Shown in pieces: positions 16,994 to 20,000 of a stretch of DNA of 20,000 bases. The translations under genes and the position numbers were made by a program. Under the pieces are notes generated by a model. The model was given only the letters and a program-made list of their open reading frames with translations, had not been told where the DNA came from and made no database searches. Source of the stretch: an uncultured virus (IMG/VR IMGVR_UViG_3300037963_004868) (Duplodnaviria; Heunggongvirae; Uroviricota; Caudoviricetes); the IMG/VR virus record IMGVR_UViG_3300037963_004868; one strand, written 5' to 3'. Numbering within the stretch: the stretch's first letter is position 1; every line of letters starts with the position of its first letter.

Positions 16994-17182
16994 TCACCAA
17001 ACAGGTTCAATCTCCTTTACTGTGGCATCGACACATTCATCACCTTCTAATCCCAGAACCTCATTCCAGTCTAGGTCTTCTAGGGTTAGATCATCATAAC
17101 ACTCTACATCAAGTGTAACACGGATGGTACGCTTTGTGTGTGTAAGCATGTGTCTAGTGCGTGTGTGCATGTATTGTATCAC
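16994..17182 (-). CDS. Small acidic hypothetical protein (start uncertain: 17182, 17170 or 17149)
   Basis: KRTIRVTLDVECYDDL...DWNEVLGLEGDE; GTGA overlap with the upstream stop. Confidence 0.7.
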   Translation of the reverse strand: MIQYMHTRTRHMLTHTKRTIRVTLDVECYDDLTLEDLDWNEVLGLEGDECVDATVKEIEPVW

Positions 17183-17370
17183 GCATAATGACGATACGCA
17201 AGCGCATCATAGTCTTGTGTATCACGAGCATATTCATCATCTAGATGAAGATCTTCATCTAGATAGACCTGACTAGACGAACTAGATTGTATCCAAGAGT
17301 CATAAATCTCGTCGAGATCGTACTCATACTGTGGAGCATAAGTATAGTCGAGATCGTAGTCGTCGTACAT
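17179..17370 (-). CDS. Asp/Tyr-rich acidic hypothetical protein, 63 aa
   Basis: ORF directly downstream of a near-consensus sigma70 promoter; the coding DNA is packed with palindromes. Confidence 0.7.
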   Translation of the reverse strand: MYDDYDLDYTYAPQYEYDLDEIYDSWIQSSSSSQVYLDEDLHLDDEYARDTQDYDALAYRHYA

Positions 17371-17454
17371 AGTCTTCGTCTAGATTCTTGTGTATTATAC
17401 AGATAACTCGTCGAGAAGTCAACTAGAAGAACCAGTGAGTCTCGTCGAGATTCA
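17239..17454. repeat. Palindrome cluster: perfect 26-bp ATCTAGATGAAGATCTTCATCTAGAT and repeated CTCGTCGAG-type dyads
   Basis: 26-mer at 17239-17264; ATCTCGTCGAGAT 17306-17318; CTCGTCGAG 17407-17415; TGAGTCTCGTCGAGATTCA 17436-17454. Confidence 0.85.
17394..17422 (-). promoter_or_regulatory. sigma70 promoter TTGACT-N17-TATAAT
   Basis: Counted 17-nt spacer containing a CTCGACGAG dyad. Confidence 0.85.
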
Positions 17455-17461
17455 TAGTGGT

Positions 17462-17469
17462 TATTTATA
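17462..17469 (-). promoter_or_regulatory. T4-type late promoter TATAAATA
   Basis: Exact match, intergenic. Confidence 0.6.
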
Positions 17470-17521
17470 CAAAGAATTATAAAAATGTTAAGTTATGCTG
17501 ATTTTTGCCCGTCCCCGTGGG

Positions 17522-17550
17522 TTGACAGACTGCGCGTCTTATGATACGCT
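17522..17550 (+). promoter_or_regulatory. Plus-strand sigma70 promoter TTGACA-N17-TACGCT with no downstream gene
   Basis: Consensus -35, counted 17-nt spacer, extended TGn -10. Confidence 0.7.
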
Positions 17551-17740
17551 CGCTAAACTCACAACACCTCAGCACCTTTCTATAAGATTTTAGAGCACTT
17601 AACTGGACACCTTTACAAGACATTAAAAGCACATAAAATGCTTCAAAGATACTCCGAAGACACCCTAAAGCAACCACACAGTATCTAAGAGATAAAAAAC
17701 AGTTTTATATTTATTATCATATTAAAAACCTTTTTTTAAC

Positions 17741-17935
17741 CTATTTCTCTATAATAACTGTATCAACGAATACATTTGTCTCTGAGTTCCAATGTCTAAC
17801 CACCCCTGCCATAATGAAGGAGTTAGTAATCATATAACCCAACAAAATAAGGGTACGAATAACAGCAACTGCATCTGCTTCTCTGTTACTCTTACCCTCT
17901 TTTGTACCTAATGCTTTACACCAAATCTTCCACAT
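17741..17935 (-). CDS. Small putative membrane protein, 64 aa
   Basis: MWKIWCKALG.K......AD.VA.IRT followed by a hydrophobic helix and RHWN; pattern seen in cyanophage hypotheticals. Confidence 0.8.
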   Translation of the reverse strand: MWKIWCKALGTKEGKSNREADAVAVIRTLILLGYMITNSFIMAGVVRHWNSETNVFVDTVIIEK

Positions 17936-17958
17936 TTGTAAGATTCATGATTATTAAA

Positions 17959-18573
17959 TTAAACTTTCTTCAATCTTGCTTTAATTGCATCTCTTATCTG
18001 TTGCTCTCTAGGATCACTAGGATTCTGTAATTGCTTATATTGTCCATAGAGTTTAGCATCTCTATTCTTATTATCCTCTGTGACTAATCCTTGTCTAATT
18101 AACTTCTGCTTCTCCTTATCTGATATTTGCATTGAATCTAATTGTGACTTTGTTATCGTCTTTCTCCTCTTCTTAGTAGTCCTCAATATATGATCTGCTT
18201 GTACTTGTAACTCAGATCTCTTTGGACCTTGAACATTAGGTTGATACTTTTGTGTGAAATCCTTGAAAGTTGTTTGCCTATTGACCGTTGGTTTTGTTGT
18301 CGGTTTCAGCACCGTCTCTTTCGATCCTTTCACCAATGCACTTTTAACCTTTGAGACTGTCTCTTGATTAACAAATCCTCTCCCCTTCAATTCACTCTCA
18401 AAGTTTTTAATAGCACGGAAGTCTGATGTAGTCTTAGGAGCAGTAATCTGATGACCCGCTGCATCTCTAAACACATTATGCTTCTTACTTCTTACAAGTT
18501 TAGCGCCGTACTTTGCCGCTAACTTTATAAACGCTGCTCCTGCTTTTATCTTTCCTTCAGTTATTATGTTCAT
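17959..18573 (-). CDS. 204-aa basic protein with an N-terminal HicA-like domain
   Basis: LAAKYGAKLVRSKKHNVFRDAAGHQITAPKTTSDFRAIKNFESEL resembles the HicA-like G..L.R..KH..f....G..(v)t.pkTpSD.Ra..N pattern. Confidence 0.65.
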   Translation of the reverse strand: MNIITEGKIKAGAAFIKLAAKYGAKLVRSKKHNVFRDAAGHQITAPKTTSDFRAIKNFESELKGRGFVNQETVSKVKSALVKGSKETVLKPTTKPTVNRQTTFKDFTQKYQPNVQGPKRSELQVQADHILRTTKKRRKTITKSQLDSMQISDKEKQKLIRQGLVTEDNKNRDAKLYGQYKQLQNPSDPREQQIRDAIKARLKKV

Positions 18574-18620
18574 TTTCGGGCGCGACTCAACTCGTAAGAA
18601 ACCTCGGAAGTATTTAGAAA

Positions 18621-18926
18621 TTACTGAGGATCTTGGTATCTACCTTCTTGAGACTTGTAGTCTTCTATGTTTATTGAATCTCTCCTATTTTTGATGTATT
18701 GGAGTTCTTCCCAATACTGAGGATAACAAACAACTAAACAATGAATCTTCTTGTGCTTCTCTTCTTTGGTGTACTCACACTTGGGTTTATCTTTGACGCC
18801 AATCTCTATCGTAATATAAGCATCATCTCTAAAATAAACCCAACCTTCTAATAGTCCTGTTTGACTATGCCACTTGACATAATCATCAACTTTAGGAGAA
18901 TAAGAGTTGCTCAAGGGGATTACCAA
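18621..18926 (-). CDS. Hypothetical protein (start uncertain)
   Basis: PKVDDYVKW....EGWVYF....YITIEIGVKDKP; operon orientation. Confidence 0.8.
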   Translation of the reverse strand: MVIPLSNSYSPKVDDYVKWHSQTGLLEGWVYFRDDAYITIEIGVKDKPKCEYTKEEKHKKIHCLVVCYPQYWEELQYIKNRRDSINIEDYKSQEGRYQDPQ

Positions 18927-19188
18927 AGTTAAGTTGCATTGCTGAGAAAGGTGTAGTAGATTCTATGTCTACTACTGCGCCGATCTTTGTATGATTGATT
19001 GGCGCGTGATATTGTCGTTTCTTTGTATTGTAGAATCCCCAGATACAACGACATTCATTATGATCATTGTAATTAAACCCACGCTCATAAACACTCCAAA
19101 TTGCAACAACATTACTGTTCTTACAAATTGATTCGTATCTGTATCCTGTTGGTGGTTCATGTGGAAAATCGTTTGGTAATTCAAGCAT
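18892..19188 (-). CDS. Hypothetical protein, 98 aa (MLELPNDFPHEPPTGYRYE...IWGFYNTKKRQYHAPIN)
   Basis: The ATG at 19188 overlaps the upstream stop (ATGCTTGA). Confidence 0.82.
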   Translation of the reverse strand: MLELPNDFPHEPPTGYRYESICKNSNVVAIWSVYERGFNYNDHNECRCIWGFYNTKKRQYHAPINHTKIGAVVDIESTTPFSAMQLNFGNPLEQLLFS

Positions 19189-19342
19189 CACGACGTACAC
19201 GAAGACGGTTAGGATTTAATCCCTCATGTTCTACCAATAACTTATACTCTTCACTTGCTTGCTCTCTTGTTAAATTATTCTTGAGAGGTTCCCATCCAGT
19301 GGTGATAAGTTCTTCGATACGGTACAGTGGTTGTTCAGTCAT
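19181..19342 (-). CDS. Hypothetical protein, 53 aa (MTEQPLYRIEELITTGWEPLKNNLTREQA...EGLNPNRLRVRRDA)
   Basis: Hand-translated; fills the gap exactly; not in the ORF track. Confidence 0.8.
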   Translation of the reverse strand: MTEQPLYRIEELITTGWEPLKNNLTREQASEEYKLLVEHEGLNPNRLRVRRDA

Positions 19343-19347
19343 TGTTC

Positions 19348-19581
19348 TTAAGTAGTAAAGGCATCAATAATTGCAGATTCATATTCATCTACAAGTGCAA
19401 ACTTTTGAGCACGAAGTATATTAGGCATGATACGATCTTCATATCCTGGATGATTTAGTCCTTCTTCATCAGCACATAATTCAAATGCTTCAGAATCACT
19501 CCCAGCAATTAAATTCACAACTCCACCATATTCAGATTGTGGAAATGGTACCCAATAATCAACAATGTAAAGACTTTTCAT
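19348..19581 (-). CDS. Hypothetical protein, 77 aa (YIVDYWVPFPQSEYGG...)
   Basis: ORF track; ATGA coupling with the upstream gene. Confidence 0.82.
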   Translation of the reverse strand: MKSLYIVDYWVPFPQSEYGGVVNLIAGSDSEAFELCADEEGLNHPGYEDRIMPNILRAQKFALVDEYESAIIDAFTT

Positions 19582-19763
19582 TTCTCCGTGGTTGTTTTCT
19601 TAATTTTATCAGTGATGCTGAGATTCGTCAACTGCCTTTCTAATTCACACTTGATTGTATTCAAGTGTATGAAAATGTATTGACGATAAGGATTATCTTT
19701 CGTAAGTCCGATAATCCCTTCAACTTGATGTAACGCTAGGATTAACTTTGTTTGTTCATCCAT
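19578..19763 (-). CDS. Hypothetical protein, 61 aa (MDEQTKLILALHQVEGI...ELERQLTN)
   Basis: The ATG at 19763 overlaps the upstream stop (ATGGATGA). Confidence 0.78.
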   Translation of the reverse strand: MDEQTKLILALHQVEGIIGLTKDNPYRQYIFIHLNTIKCELERQLTNLSITDKIKKTTTEK

Positions 19764-19917
19764 AACGTAACCTGTCTTCATGTGCTTTGATCTTATCCAT
19801 CAATTTGTAGTGATTAACACTGGGGGCAACAGATTCGCGACCTTGAGCAATAATATAAGAACTGGTAGAACGTAAAACATGATTCAAATACTTTAATTCT
19901 TCAGCATTAAAATTCAT
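19756..19917 (-). CDS. Hypothetical protein, 53 aa (MNFNAEELKYLNHVLRSTSS...)
   Basis: Hand-translated; AGGAG SD; ATGA coupling. Confidence 0.72.
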   Translation of the reverse strand: MNFNAEELKYLNHVLRSTSSYIIAQGRESVAPSVNHYKLMDKIKAHEDRLRYG

Positions 19918-20000
19918 AGAAACTCCTGCATATAATAATCAACAGTCACTTCAAGTTCTGATGCTTTCTTTTCATAAAACTGCTCAGTGTATGCTCTCGC
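19914..20000 (-). CDS. 3' end of a hypothetical protein (...FYEKKASELEVTVDYYMQEFL)
   Basis: Open frame to the right edge, stop at 19914. Confidence 0.7.
   Translation of the reverse strand, partial: ARAYTEQFYEKKASELEVTVDYYMQEFL

Noticed and set aside
14255..17099. Plus-strand ORFs in the GC-richer island, including 15903-16085 and 16820-17050 across the sRNA candidates
   Set aside because: Expected by chance at higher GC; reading frames are not conserved between the two paralogous elements.
17477..17677. 66-aa minus-strand ORF
   Set aside because: Non-ATG start, no SD, crosses a promoter and the motif array; more likely non-coding.
13990..18573. AbrB/MazE-fold gene plus HicA-like gene as a toxin-antitoxin pair
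   Set aside because: About 3.8 kb apart, separate transcription units, and not cognate families.

Overview
Fragment of a T4-like cyanobacterial myovirus (cyanophage) genome; almost all genes are on the minus strand. 1-11.8 kb is an AT-rich baseplate block: gp25, gp6 and a giant gp7-like wedge protein of more than 3,100 aa that runs off the left edge and is absent from the ORF track. 11.8-14.2 kb holds small phage genes, a GT-A glycosyltransferase-like gene and an AbrB/MazE-fold gene. At about 14.27 kb the sequence switches abruptly to a GC-richer island (to about 17.0 kb) of single-gene cassettes, each with a host-type sigma70 promoter, a mostly SD-less leader and repeated operator-like motifs. 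The island encodes a cyAbrB-N/ArdA-like fusion protein and two paralogous ~67-nt plus-strand elements with a covarying hairpin and their own -10 boxes; these are the best candidate for an undescribed structured ncRNA system. 17.1-17.75 kb is a palindrome-rich, divergently promoted, origin-like segment. 17.7-20 kb holds small phage genes, including a HicA-like protein with possible capsid-processing signals. All family assignments come from motif recognition by eye, not database searches.
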